From the NCBI GenBank assembly GCA_963700635.1, contig CAVOYH010000003.1, forward strand, positions 352,001 to 416,000: a stretch of DNA of 64,000 bases. The letters run 5' to 3'. Below, piece by piece: positions 52,627 through 63,041 of this stretch; the first letter of the stretch is position 1, and each line of letters starts with the position of its first letter. Position numbers and translations under genes: made by a program. The notes under the pieces are model-generated. The model saw only the letters and a program-made list of their open reading frames with translations. It made no database searches and was not told the origin of the DNA. This DNA is from an uncultured Bacteroidota bacterium. GTDB taxonomy: Bacteria > Bacteroidota > Ignavibacteria > UBA10030 > UBA6906.

Positions 52627-53708
52627 CAGTAGGTAAAGGTCACGGAAAATCGGTGAAGGGCGCCCAGCAGACTGTACTGTGAGTACGCATAGTCTGCGGT
52701 AATCGTACTTACGCCGGTCGAAACCCGGAAGCCGGCGCCGAGCATAAAGTTCTCTTCAGAGGTCTCATCAGCTGCAAGCAGTTTCTGACCGATTGTGCGT
52801 TTGATCCCCCCGCGCACAAAAAGCGTATTATGCCACGCATATTCCATACCAAGCCGGACATTCTCCGCATTGTCATTCGGGTGGTTCAATTGAACGGATG
52901 TCGTTAATCGCTGGTCTTCCGACAGGATCGGATCCATTGCGAAGCCGAGTTTGAAGAGCGTCGGCAGGGAGAACGATTGGAATTCGGTCACCGAAACGCC
53001 GCCCGCCGTTGCCACCGTCCCCTGAGGGGCAACATCCGACCCGAAGTTGCTGATCACCACGGCGAACCGTGCGGTTCCCAGTCCCGTCCAGTAATACGTT
53101 CCCAGATCGACCATCACCGACCGCATCCTTAACATATCCAGGGTCTCTTCGACGTAACGGACGGTCGCTCCAAAGCTGAACTGTTCAGTCATTTTCCGGG
53201 CATAGGTCACTCCAATCCCGATATCCCCGAAGCTGAAATACCGCCCGGTGCCGAGTGGCTGGGTCTCCGTCGTGATCTCCATGTCCTGCATGTGGAGGGA
53301 TGTCAGGGACAGCCCGATCGCGTCTGCATCAGTAAGATGGTAGATGGCGCCAAGGTATTCATGCCGGATTTCTGCAACATACTCGGTATGTGCAACAAAG
53401 ACCTGATCTTCCTCGGTCTGTACAAGACCTGCCGGATTCCAGAAGAGACTCGACGCATCGTCAGCGACAGCCACGAATGCCTCGCCCATAGCCACACCGC
53501 GCGCGCCAACACCAATCTTAAGGAATTGGAACGCTGAGATCCCGGCCCGCTGCCCGCCGAGATTTGGTACAAGTTGCGCCTCTGCGGAGACCACGCCGAG
53601 ACAACTCATAAGCGCGAACAGGAGTATTGCCGGTCCTGCGTGCTCCCGGCACGGGCGACCGGTTCGTCGCGCCCTATCATGTTTCCGTATGGAGTGTTCT
53701 CTTGCCAT
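52626..53708 (-). CDS. PorV/PorQ family outer-membrane barrel
   Basis: FLKIGVGARGVAMGEAFVA..DDASSLFWNPAGL signature; C-terminal HRFSVTFTY. Confidence 0.88.
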   Translation of the reverse strand: MAREHSIRKHDRARRTGRPCREHAGPAILLFALMSCLGVVSAEAQLVPNLGGQRAGISAFQFLKIGVGARGVAMGEAFVAVADDASSLFWNPAGLVQTEEDQVFVAHTEYVAEIRHEYLGAIYHLTDADAIGLSLTSLHMQDMEITTETQPLGTGRYFSFGDIGIGVTYARKMTEQFSFGATVRYVEETLDMLRMRSVMVDLGTYYWTGLGTARFAVVISNFGSDVAPQGTVATAGGVSVTEFQSFSLPTLFKLGFAMDPILSEDQRLTTSVQLNHPNDNAENVRLGMEYAWHNTLFVRGGIKRTIGQKLLAADETSEENFMLGAGFRVSTGVSTITADYAYSQYSLLGALHRFSVTFTY

Positions 53709-53711
53709 CGG

Positions 53712-56579
53712 TTAAAACCTGAACGAAATACTGCCGCGTATGGTACGGGGGTTCAGATACCGTGCCGGGCTGTACGGGAACGGCGACACACCCCCCGTCA
53801 ATTGCGGATAAAGCGGGTCGTTGTAGCCTGACGGTGTCGCATCGCCGTATTCATAGGCTCGTCCCGTGACGGGGTTGACGATCTGCGAGTTCCGCGTATC
53901 CAACAGATTCTGTATCTCAATACTCGCCACAAGTTTTCCGAATCCCAGTGGAATGGACTTTTCAAGATTCACGTCGATATAGAACCACGGCTCGCCGATC
54001 CCGCCATTCACGTTGTCCAGATCCGCGATGTACTGTGGCCGGCCGGTGCTGGGATCGTCGCCCGTGTACAGCTGGGGCGTGTACCGCTTGCCGGACTGAT
54101 AAAACACGCGCACGAAGGCATTCCAATCGTCCAGAAATCCCGGAGCCACACCAAACAACGGCTGATCCTTTGGGACCGAAAAATTTAACGTCATGGAAAT
54201 CTGAACGGGGCGATCCCAGATAAGATAGTTTTCACGGATGTTCTCGGGCTCCCCCTGCTGGATGCGGATCACATTCTCGTTGGGCGCGGAACTCTTGCCC
54301 GTGGCAATGGAATAGGATCCTGCCACGCCACCCCGGAACCAGTTGCCGAACCGTGTCTTGTATTCCACCTCAATACCGCGCACGCGACCGTAGTCGGAGT
54401 TGAGATACGTTGAATAGTACTGTGCTCCGCCCACAGAATTGAGCCGCAGAACAGTCTTCTCCGTGATGTAGTCAAATATGTCCTTGTAGAATGCTGTGAT
54501 GGTGAGAACATCACTGCCGGACAACTGATTCCGGAGGCCGAGTTCATACGCAACCGTGGTTTCGGGATTCAGATTCGGGTTTCCCACCGGCAGAGACGAT
54601 CGCACAGAACTCTGGTTGAGCTTTGCGTACACAAACTGCGGACGCGGGAGCTTGGAGAAATGGCCGTACGAGAAGAACAGGGTCTGGTTATCGGAAACGG
54701 GATGGGAGATACCGAGCCGCGGGCTCAGTCGTGCCTTATACCGGCGCCCGAAGAGGGACACGGTGTTGTCCTTGTACTCGTTACGAAGCGCCGATGAGAT
54801 GATCAGGGTGGACGACGTGTCTTCCGCGATATCATCGACGAATTTGCCGGGGGCCCAGTAGTCCAGCCGCAGGCCAAAATTCAGCAACATCCCGCTCAAC
54901 GCAACATTGTCCTGCGCGTAAAACGATCCCTGCAACGGCTGTACGCTGTACACATCATGGTCAAATCCAAGCGGCTTCACCCAGGGTCGATAAATGTCAA
55001 CCATCTGCATATCCTGAAACCGGACCTCAAAGCCGGCCTTGAATTTGTTTTTCTCCGAAAAGAAATTCGTCAGATCCCCCTTGAGCGTGTACTCTGTCAG
55101 GAAATGATCGCGCCAGGATGTCGGTGAACCAAGATCATAGAACCCGTCGCCCGGAACAACTCCAACGGTGTCGCGGCCGAGGTTGTAATAGGTGATCGGA
55201 TACGTCACAATATCCTGCGGCTCAAGGTATGCGCTAAATTCCTTCCCGTTTGCATCACCGCGGATATGAGCCGTGTACCGGCTCAGTTTGACCTCATAGA
55301 AGGTCTGCGTGCTCAGCGTGTGCGTCCAGGAGAATGAATGCTGGATATTAATCTGGGTGAACGTTTGCGCACTGTCAGGGATAAACTGAAACAGATACTG
55401 ATACCCCGGATTCGGCTCAATATATTCCAGGGTCGCCTGGATTGCCTGCGTGTTCTGGTCGATCACCACGGACTGGTTATAGGCATACGCAAGTTTCATG
55501 GTCGGATCCGGTTTCCAGGTGACCTTGCTGAGCCAGGAATAGTTGTTGGAGCGCCGTGGTGCCCACCGCTTGCCCCCGGCGATGGATGAATACAGGCCAT
55601 TGGGGGCTTTGACCACCCATCCGCTTGGCCGGTAATCTCCTCCTACCGTTTCAACCCAGCGGGTGAAACCATCGGTGAGGTTCGCATAGAGCGACCCGAA
55701 AAAGCTGACAGTCCCCGGAATCTCAAGACCGATGGCCGGCAACACAAAGGTGGTCAAGGGCTCAGGACCACTGAGTGTTGCGTCATAGATGTCGGTATTC
55801 CAGTTTGAGCGGGTGTCATTGTTGAATCCGAAATGATCAGTTTTGTATCCCAGCGAGCCGCTGTAACGGTCCGACCCTTCACGTGTGGTAATATTGACTA
55901 TACCCGATGTCGCCTGGCCGTATTCTGCATTATAACCGCCGGTGATCACTTCCACTTCCTGGATCGAAGACGGACTCAGCTGAAGGCCGAACCCTGAGCC
56001 GGCCATGGGATCCTGAATCGAGATGCCATCCAGCAGGAATGCATTCTCGTGCGTGCGGCCGCCCCGGATGTGGATTTCGTTATCGGCCATCACCACACCG
56101 GGTTGCATGGCGACAACAGCCTGCACGTTCTGCACGGCAGCCGCCTGAATGTCCGCCTGCTGCACATTCCGGCGGCTGGCAGTTTCTTCTATATCGAACA
56201 GCGGCCGTTCACCGATGACCACAATATCCTGACCCAGGGTCAGCACGGTCTCTTCCAGCTTTGCACGGATGGTGGTCGTTTGTCCGGCTTCCACCTTCAC
56301 ATTCGTAAACTTCACCTGTTTGTAGCCCAGCAGCGACACCTCAACGACATAGGCCCCGGGATTAATCGATTCGATGCGGACGTTTCCCTCGATGTCAGTT
56401 GTTCCGCCATAGTACGTCCCCTTGACCACCACATTGGCGCCGGGAAGCCCTTCCCCTGTCCCGGACTCAGTCACCGTCCCGACAATCCGGCCTGTGGTCT
56501 GGGCAGAGACCCGGGCGGGAATCATCAGGAGCGCCGCGACAAGCAGGCAAAGGGTTCCTTGTTGCACAACCTTCTTCAT
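53712..56579 (-). CDS. TonB-dependent receptor
   Basis: TGEGLPGANV; HIRGGR..E; ITGGYNAEYGQATSGIVNI; SPRLG; NPNLNPE; terminal FRF. Confidence 0.92.
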   Translation of the reverse strand: MKKVVQQGTLCLLVAALLMIPARVSAQTTGRIVGTVTESGTGEGLPGANVVVKGTYYGGTTDIEGNVRIESINPGAYVVEVSLLGYKQVKFTNVKVEAGQTTTIRAKLEETVLTLGQDIVVIGERPLFDIEETASRRNVQQADIQAAAVQNVQAVVAMQPGVVMADNEIHIRGGRTHENAFLLDGISIQDPMAGSGFGLQLSPSSIQEVEVITGGYNAEYGQATSGIVNITTREGSDRYSGSLGYKTDHFGFNNDTRSNWNTDIYDATLSGPEPLTTFVLPAIGLEIPGTVSFFGSLYANLTDGFTRWVETVGGDYRPSGWVVKAPNGLYSSIAGGKRWAPRRSNNYSWLSKVTWKPDPTMKLAYAYNQSVVIDQNTQAIQATLEYIEPNPGYQYLFQFIPDSAQTFTQINIQHSFSWTHTLSTQTFYEVKLSRYTAHIRGDANGKEFSAYLEPQDIVTYPITYYNLGRDTVGVVPGDGFYDLGSPTSWRDHFLTEYTLKGDLTNFFSEKNKFKAGFEVRFQDMQMVDIYRPWVKPLGFDHDVYSVQPLQGSFYAQDNVALSGMLLNFGLRLDYWAPGKFVDDIAEDTSSTLIISSALRNEYKDNTVSLFGRRYKARLSPRLGISHPVSDNQTLFFSYGHFSKLPRPQFVYAKLNQSSVRSSLPVGNPNLNPETTVAYELGLRNQLSGSDVLTITAFYKDIFDYITEKTVLRLNSVGGAQYYSTYLNSDYGRVRGIEVEYKTRFGNWFRGGVAGSYSIATGKSSAPNENVIRIQQGEPENIRENYLIWDRPVQISMTLNFSVPKDQPLFGVAPGFLDDWNAFVRVFYQSGKRYTPQLYTGDDPSTGRPQYIADLDNVNGGIGEPWFYIDVNLEKSIPLGFGKLVASIEIQNLLDTRNSQIVNPVTGRAYEYGDATPSGYNDPLYPQLTGGVSPFPYSPARYLNPRTIRGSISFRF

Positions 56580-56610
56580 AAGGAAAAGACCGTCCTGTAG
56601 ATTGTTGTCC

Positions 56611-58431
56611 TTAGAAACGCGCCCTGTTTATCACCTGGGCCGGGCTGAATTGGACGAGCGCCTTGTCAAAAAAGGCGCCCAGTCCGCGCGGGTTTCCCTC
56701 TGTTGTATTGTTGAGAAGATGTAATGGGAGACCCACAAAGATAATAGTGTTCTGTCCATCAATGACCGCCAGATTGGGCGAGCCCAGATACCGCTGCGGG
56801 ATCCGCGCGTCCGCTTGCATACGATAAATGTATCGCGCATCCGAGCGGCGGTAGATCGGACGCATAAAGACCGAATGGATCACGGGTGACGTATTAAAGG
56901 CAAGCTGCGGATAGACCGACGACAGATCACTGCTGTCCGCATACACGACGTAGTTTGCCGGTATCCTCGAGTCGCCCACAACGGCCGGTGGCGGTGCCGG
57001 ACGTGTCGGAGAAAGATCAACGCTGCTCACGCTGTCAATCGGTGCGAAGTCCCGCAAGGCCCCGCGCGGATCACTCGTGTTCAGAAACATCGTCGAGAAT
57101 ATCACCCGCCCGCCGTTCTGAAGATACGGGAAAATGGACAGCTGCGCGACGCCGAGACTGGGCACCTGATCGGTGTACCAGAGCACGTAATCATACAGAA
57201 GAAAGGTCTGAATCAGAGCGGGGTCCACAAATTGAGGAACCAATCGGCCGTACCGCCCCGCCTCCTTGTCCGCCGCTGTTACACCAAGGGTTATGTCCAG
57301 CTGGTCTACCTGCGTGAATGCACCGCCGGGCACGGAAGCAAGTGCACTGCTGTACGTCGTCCGGGCAAGCTGAGCATCGAAGTTTGTATAGTCACTCACC
57401 AGAAGCAACTTCGCACGTGGTTTGCGGACGTACCACCGGTCTGTTCCCGACGGAAGACGGAGCGGAAGACTGTATTCACCTGCAACGTCCCGCGCCTGGA
57501 CAAAAACAGCATTGTCAGCGTCCAGACGGAGATTCGGCACCTGGCCGATAAGACGCCTGCCGAGAAACGGTCCGCTGTACAGATCAGCCGTCACCGTAGC
57601 ACCCGCCGCGTCACTCCGCGAACGGGGCACAACCATCGTCACGATCGTATCACGGAGCGCCACCGTCACCCATTGCCCGGTGGCACCGGTGTCGTTGAGC
57701 GCAATACGATACGACGCAAGTGTGTTATCCCCGTCCGAATCGGAACCCTTAAATCCAATGGTGATCACCGTGTATGTCGTATCGGGGAGCCGCTGGACTA
57801 TGGTGGCGTCTTTGGGATTGGGGAGCAAACCGATTGTCGGCGGTGTGTTGCGAATAGGGAACGTCAGGACTGCCCCGACCGGGTCAACCGCTCCGGTGAG
57901 CGTTTCAAGACGCTGATCGGCGGCGTCAAACACCCCGTTGTCATTCTTGTCCCAGAACGGGAACGGTAACAAACGGACGGGGCTGTGCTCCGGGAGCCCC
58001 GGGAACGCATCATCCACAGCCCGCACCACGACGGCAAACCGCCTGAAGAGCGTGTCCAGCGGAAAAAGAAACGTTGAATCGTTGCGGGTCACCCAAACAT
58101 ACCGAAGCGTGTCCGGCACAGGCAGTGTCGTGACATTCCCGGTGACCACCTTGAACGAAAAGAGGTAGCCGCGAATGAGGCCGTCCGGCGACTCGCCCCA
58201 CCAGCGCAGATGTGTCCGGCTCACGCCAACACGCACCTCAGCGTCGGGAAACAGCCACAAAAATGTTTGTGGGGGCCTCCCGGGAACCGGCTTGTCCGTC
58301 ACACTCTCACGGCAACCGGAGAGCTGAAGCGCAAAAAGCGCCACAACCGCAAACGATATAGAATAGTATTTCAGCACGATTCTCCGAATCCTGTCAGGCC
58401 ACGCTTCCGGCGTTGCCGGAGCGCGGCTCAA
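56611..58431 (-). CDS. Hypothetical lipoprotein with Ig/FN3-like segments
   Basis: Lipobox LSGC; PPQT...W.GESPDG and NTPP...GSDSDG repeats. A GTG at 58377 with GGAG RBS may be the true start. Confidence 0.75.
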   Translation of the reverse strand: MSRAPATPEAWPDRIRRIVLKYYSISFAVVALFALQLSGCRESVTDKPVPGRPPQTFLWLFPDAEVRVGVSRTHLRWWGESPDGLIRGYLFSFKVVTGNVTTLPVPDTLRYVWVTRNDSTFLFPLDTLFRRFAVVVRAVDDAFPGLPEHSPVRLLPFPFWDKNDNGVFDAADQRLETLTGAVDPVGAVLTFPIRNTPPTIGLLPNPKDATIVQRLPDTTYTVITIGFKGSDSDGDNTLASYRIALNDTGATGQWVTVALRDTIVTMVVPRSRSDAAGATVTADLYSGPFLGRRLIGQVPNLRLDADNAVFVQARDVAGEYSLPLRLPSGTDRWYVRKPRAKLLLVSDYTNFDAQLARTTYSSALASVPGGAFTQVDQLDITLGVTAADKEAGRYGRLVPQFVDPALIQTFLLYDYVLWYTDQVPSLGVAQLSIFPYLQNGGRVIFSTMFLNTSDPRGALRDFAPIDSVSSVDLSPTRPAPPPAVVGDSRIPANYVVYADSSDLSSVYPQLAFNTSPVIHSVFMRPIYRRSDARYIYRMQADARIPQRYLGSPNLAVIDGQNTIIFVGLPLHLLNNTTEGNPRGLGAFFDKALVQFSPAQVINRARF

Positions 58432-58453
58432 TCAGGATATCACTTTTTCCATA

Positions 58454-60706
58454 CTATTTCACCAGCATCATCTTCTTCACTGCTCTGAACGAGCCGCTTT
58501 CAACGCGATAAAAATACACGCCGCTCGGAAGGGACGATGCATTAAACCGGACCGTATGCCTGCCGGCGGCCTGCTGGCCGTTGAACAACGTCGCAATTTC
58601 CTGCCCGATAAGATTGTACACACGTATTGTGGTCAGTCCGGCAGAAGGCAGCAAATACTGAATTGTTGTCGCAGGATTGAACGGATTCGGGTAGTTCTGC
58701 TCCAGCGCATAGGCCACTGGTGTTGTTCCGGGCAGATCCTGTTCGACGCCGGTCACAACTCCGAAGAAATCAGCGTCGGTGCGCGGCACAAACTTGTACT
58801 GATTGAAGCTGTAGTACACAATTCCGGTCAGAGCGCCGATCTTTGTCCCCACGGTGAGGATGGTCTTCCCTGAAGCGGAATCCGCGGCAATATTCGAAAA
58901 GTTGTATTTCCCGCTTCGCTGGACCACGATGCCGCCACTTCCGTCATTGACGGTGAACTCCGTGGGATCAGAGAATGTGGGATTGAGGTCGGTCACGGTC
59001 ACGTTGATAAACCGTACCAGCATCCCTTCATACATCTCTGCGCTTGCCACTCCGTTGCCGACACTGAGCGTGCTCGTGGTGCGGACCACAGGCTCAGGCC
59101 CCGGGTTGCCGCCGGATACCTTTACCACCGAGGTGATGTTTCCCAGGCGGGTAACGTCGAACTGTTCCTGGACGGTTCCGGTCACTATGATACTGTCGCC
59201 GTTCCGCAATGCGGCCATCTGCCGCTGGGCCGCGGTATCGGACGTCGTCAGCCAGAGGCCGTTCCAGGGTTGATTCGTGGACTGCATGTACCACGCGTTG
59301 GTGCTCCCTGTCGTCACGGGCGAAAGTGATACGTTTGCGGTGTCACCGGTGACAATTCCCGACAGGCTCAGGACCGCGCCCAGATATGGACTCCGGCCGT
59401 TTATGTATGGCGTATACTGGACGTCCTGTATGGCAAGAGGGCGAAGCAGTGATGTATAGAAGAAGAACCCCTTGGACGTGTCCGATGCAAGGCCGCCACT
59501 TGTGGAAGAATTGGCGAGCCGCACGGTCTGGCCGAAGGAATCAGAGACAGCAATAAAATAACGCACCACGACATTGGTTTGCTGCGACGGGATCACGCCC
59601 AGATAGGTGGTATCCGAAGCCTGATACGTCATCGCGACAGTCTGGAATGCCGCGTAATTGACACTATACAACAGCGATACGGTTTTGGGTGTGGACCCGT
59701 TTGGCTGTTGTGTTACGCGCACGCTGACCTTGGCCGTCGAGTCCGGAGATACCACAACCGGGTTCCGGCGATGGGAAGCAATGAGCGGGGGTGTAGGTGC
59801 GGCTGCAAAGACGATATCCCCGCGGTACATCGGCGAAATGCGGTAGCCACGCGGTCCCTCACTGCCGGATGCTGTTGTAATATATCCCCGGATCGTGTCG
59901 ATCCGGGTACCGTTGCCGATCGCCGCATAGATCCTCGACCAGGCCGTGTCCGCAGGCCAAGGGGGAAGCTGGGACGTCCCGTGTCCGAGCGTGAAATAAC
60001 GGGACCAGTCGTAATCCGAAATCTCGTTCCCTGAGGCGTCCACCATGCTGAATGTTCCCCGGGGAATGTTCACCTTGTTATTCAACGTGACATTATGGAA
60101 CTCCACATACATCCCCTCGAAGGGTTCACCACTTGCGACCTGGACTTTCCCCGTTGAGAACACTCCGGTATAAAAGTCGCCGATGTTTTTGACGATCGGC
60201 TTGGGAAGGGGCGCCGCACCGATAATGCTGATGGGGTTTCCGGCAACAGGTTCGATCTGCGACGCGCTAGTTCCTCTGGACGTGGGAAATTCACTTATCC
60301 AGCCGACCAGCGTAATGATATCGCCGGCTTCCACATTCAGGAACCCGTCTGTTTTAAGCTGTGTGCTGTCCGCAATATTGGCACGAAGGAGAATCCCGCC
60401 CCAATCGGAGGCCACCGCGGCGGTGTCGTACAGCAGCATCGTCCAGATGTCCGCCGTGTACGTGATCACACCGGGGGGCACGGCCACAAGCGCGGTCACG
60501 CGCACCGTATCACCCATGTACGGGGAGGTCTGCAATGTCCATCGCGGCTGCGTTGAGTTCGCGGCAAAATTTGTGATCCCGTCCGCAACGACGAGGGATT
60601 CTGCAGGAACCTGCTGGAGCTGACGGACGGTGACGTCCGGATACTGCGCCAGCGCCGAAGACACCGCGGCCGCCAGCAGGACAACAGATAGAAAAATTCG
60701 GTTCAT
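58454..60706 (-). CDS. T9SS-secreted protein with repeated OB-fold-like modules and a type A CTD
   Basis: Signal peptide; SPYMGDTV/SPYLGAV, EPFEGMYV/EMYEGMLV; QNYPNPFNP...SGVYFYR...KKMMLVK; AAGGAGAGG RBS. Confidence 0.85.
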   Translation of the reverse strand: MNRIFLSVVLLAAAVSSALAQYPDVTVRQLQQVPAESLVVADGITNFAANSTQPRWTLQTSPYMGDTVRVTALVAVPPGVITYTADIWTMLLYDTAAVASDWGGILLRANIADSTQLKTDGFLNVEAGDIITLVGWISEFPTSRGTSASQIEPVAGNPISIIGAAPLPKPIVKNIGDFYTGVFSTGKVQVASGEPFEGMYVEFHNVTLNNKVNIPRGTFSMVDASGNEISDYDWSRYFTLGHGTSQLPPWPADTAWSRIYAAIGNGTRIDTIRGYITTASGSEGPRGYRISPMYRGDIVFAAAPTPPLIASHRRNPVVVSPDSTAKVSVRVTQQPNGSTPKTVSLLYSVNYAAFQTVAMTYQASDTTYLGVIPSQQTNVVVRYFIAVSDSFGQTVRLANSSTSGGLASDTSKGFFFYTSLLRPLAIQDVQYTPYINGRSPYLGAVLSLSGIVTGDTANVSLSPVTTGSTNAWYMQSTNQPWNGLWLTTSDTAAQRQMAALRNGDSIIVTGTVQEQFDVTRLGNITSVVKVSGGNPGPEPVVRTTSTLSVGNGVASAEMYEGMLVRFINVTVTDLNPTFSDPTEFTVNDGSGGIVVQRSGKYNFSNIAADSASGKTILTVGTKIGALTGIVYYSFNQYKFVPRTDADFFGVVTGVEQDLPGTTPVAYALEQNYPNPFNPATTIQYLLPSAGLTTIRVYNLIGQEIATLFNGQQAAGRHTVRFNASSLPSGVYFYRVESGSFRAVKKMMLVK

Positions 60707-60781
60707 GGTAACCTCTCCTTAATGATGTTTAAATACACACAGCCAAGCCGCAGGCACCACGTACATCCGTCGCAGCTGATA

Positions 60782-62926
60782 TCATTTGATGATCAAAAAC
60801 TTCCCTGTTTGCACATTTCCTGTATCCGTGTCTTTCACACTGAACAGGTATAATCCCGTAGCAATGGCCTGGTCGAACTTCGTAATCAGGTCCCAGGCAT
60901 GCTCCCCGCCGGAAAACTGGATGGGCACGTCACTACCGCCGAATTGGCGGAACCACTGAATATCCCTGCCCGTATAGGTTGCGGCATCATGCGATAATTC
61001 AGCCACGATATCGCCGGCCAGCGTATAGACGCGGATGGTGCAACGCTGCGGGAGATTTGTAAAATAGATCTTGCGGGTCCGTTCTCCTGAAGCATCCCAC
61101 GCTGCTTGCGCGTAGTACGGGTTCGGATACACGCCTACCTTCTGCGTACCGGAGTTGGGAGATGCACCGGAGACAATCCTCACAATCACCATCTTGCTCT
61201 CCAGTGAGCTTACACCCGCTGCGGAATCTCCCTGATCAAACGACGAAACACCATACACATACTGCCACCCGCTGAGGTGGCTCACGGTGACGTCCTTGGG
61301 CGGGAAGCGGTACCAGTAGGTCACGGTGTCACCGGCAAACTGTTTCGGTTGGTCCAGAAGGATCTTCCCGAAGCCGGTGTTGTATCCAATCTCGTTGTCG
61401 GCCCTGTCAAACTCGCCGACCCGGGGAAGTGTCAACAGCAGATTTGCCGGATCCGTGAAATCGGAACCGGCATTGGATCGGTAGATACGGTATCCCTCAA
61501 AATCCAGCTTCCGTGATATCGGATCGATGGAAGTTTCTGCGCTGGTCATGTCCCAGTAGAGGACCACGTTCTGGTTCTCCAGTTCGGCGCGAACGACGGG
61601 CGGTTTCGGGGGCTGTGGAAGCCGGTAATGATCCAGAATACCGTTGCCGTTCAGGTCTTCACCGGGATCAAGTCTGTTATTGCCGTTCAGGTCCTCACCG
61701 TCATACGCCTGCTGACACAACGCTGCATTCGAAACGAGCGTCTTGCGCTGATCACGCGTGTCAAGCCGGGCCGCCTGCGTTCCGGCCTTCCGCGCGCACA
61801 CGACGCCGAAGACGACCGACACTGAATCCCCGGGCTTGAGAGTGACAAATGGACCGGTGGAGAGTAATGTGGTCATGTTGTCAGCCTGGGTGCGCAGGGG
61901 ATCGATTTTGTTCTGCGGGAGAGACGTGACAAGCCGTTCATACCGGCTGCGCGCACCCAGAATATTCTCTGCATCGTCCTGTGGCGAAAAATACTCTGCA
62001 TCCCCGCTCGAGCTGCTGTACCGCCAGGCATTGTAGTACGTTCGCCCGCCAAGATGACCGAGGGAATCTATCCCCCGCGGAAATGGCACTGCTCCCAGGA
62101 GTTTGATGCCGACATACGAATCCGCCGCGGGGGGGGTGGGAATACCGTCAAAATCGAAGGTGTATCCCATGCGCAGGGAATCCAGATATCCGTTTGCGCC
62201 ATGGTTAAAGAATCCGGGTGTCCCCGGACGCACATTGTTGGTATTCCGCACAACGTTGTTGGTCCAGAGACCAACATACACGGAGTCGAGGGTATCGGCA
62301 CCGGCATTATAGATCGTGTAGTTCAGAATCACAAAAAAATCGGCAAACGGAAAATTCCAGGCATAACTTTCCTGATGCACCCGGATCCCGAGCGGGGTAG
62401 ATTGATCCGGAGCAGAACTGTCACGCACCACGAAATCGTGGTAATCCGCCAAAAAATCCTGATGGCTCACAGCATGCTGATCGAAGTACGGAGATTCCGA
62501 AAGGGTGGAACGCTGCACGACTGATGAGCCGGCCAGGGACAAATACTCGATACCTTTTCCGGTCGTGGTAGAAACCCGGTCGCTTGACCCCGTGGAAACA
62601 TGGATTTGTCCGGTACGGCGTGAGAGCGCTCCTACCCACAACGCGCCCTGATACATATGTTCTACGCGGGATCCCCGTGGATATTCACAGGATGGCTGGC
62701 TCGGCCAGTAGGCATTCCGTGTGCCGATTGTGCCGAAGTTGGTGACCGTGAGCCCCAGTGAGCCGGCCGTCGTGGCGTTTCTGTCCGTGTCCTCAGTCCG
62801 CTTTGCAAGCTCCTGAGAAGACGCCATGCTGCCCGCACTACTCATCAAGAGCAGCACCGAGAAAAGCACGGCTGGGACAGTAATAGGAAGAATGTGCGGA
62901 CAGCGCATGAATTCGGGATCATTCAA
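60782..62926 (-). CDS. Secreted hypothetical protein with a variant CTD (PNPY...WDL...GLY...KF.IIK) and Ca-binding-like repeats
   Basis: Hydrophobic N-terminus; TNFG, EYP.GS, FEGYRIYRS FN3-like segment; GEDLNGN twice. Start uncertain (62926 or 62908). Confidence 0.8.
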   Translation of the reverse strand: MNDPEFMRCPHILPITVPAVLFSVLLLMSSAGSMASSQELAKRTEDTDRNATTAGSLGLTVTNFGTIGTRNAYWPSQPSCEYPRGSRVEHMYQGALWVGALSRRTGQIHVSTGSSDRVSTTTGKGIEYLSLAGSSVVQRSTLSESPYFDQHAVSHQDFLADYHDFVVRDSSAPDQSTPLGIRVHQESYAWNFPFADFFVILNYTIYNAGADTLDSVYVGLWTNNVVRNTNNVRPGTPGFFNHGANGYLDSLRMGYTFDFDGIPTPPAADSYVGIKLLGAVPFPRGIDSLGHLGGRTYYNAWRYSSSSGDAEYFSPQDDAENILGARSRYERLVTSLPQNKIDPLRTQADNMTTLLSTGPFVTLKPGDSVSVVFGVVCARKAGTQAARLDTRDQRKTLVSNAALCQQAYDGEDLNGNNRLDPGEDLNGNGILDHYRLPQPPKPPVVRAELENQNVVLYWDMTSAETSIDPISRKLDFEGYRIYRSNAGSDFTDPANLLLTLPRVGEFDRADNEIGYNTGFGKILLDQPKQFAGDTVTYWYRFPPKDVTVSHLSGWQYVYGVSSFDQGDSAAGVSSLESKMVIVRIVSGASPNSGTQKVGVYPNPYYAQAAWDASGERTRKIYFTNLPQRCTIRVYTLAGDIVAELSHDAATYTGRDIQWFRQFGGSDVPIQFSGGEHAWDLITKFDQAIATGLYLFSVKDTDTGNVQTGKFLIIK

Positions 62927-62967
62927 GGGTGGAACGGGGGTGAAATCGCGTGAAGAGTATGTTAATC

Positions 62968-62996
62968 AATATATTTTTAATGCGACGGAAAGTCAA
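62968..62996 (-). promoter_or_regulatory. Sigma70-type promoter at the head of the 48.7-62.9 kb cluster
   Basis: Minus-strand TTGACT(62996-91)-N17-TATATT(62973-68) in an AT-rich intergenic region. Confidence 0.6.
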
Positions 62997-63041
62997 GTTG
63001 CATTTGAGAGGGATTTTCTCCATTTTTTTACGTCTACGACG

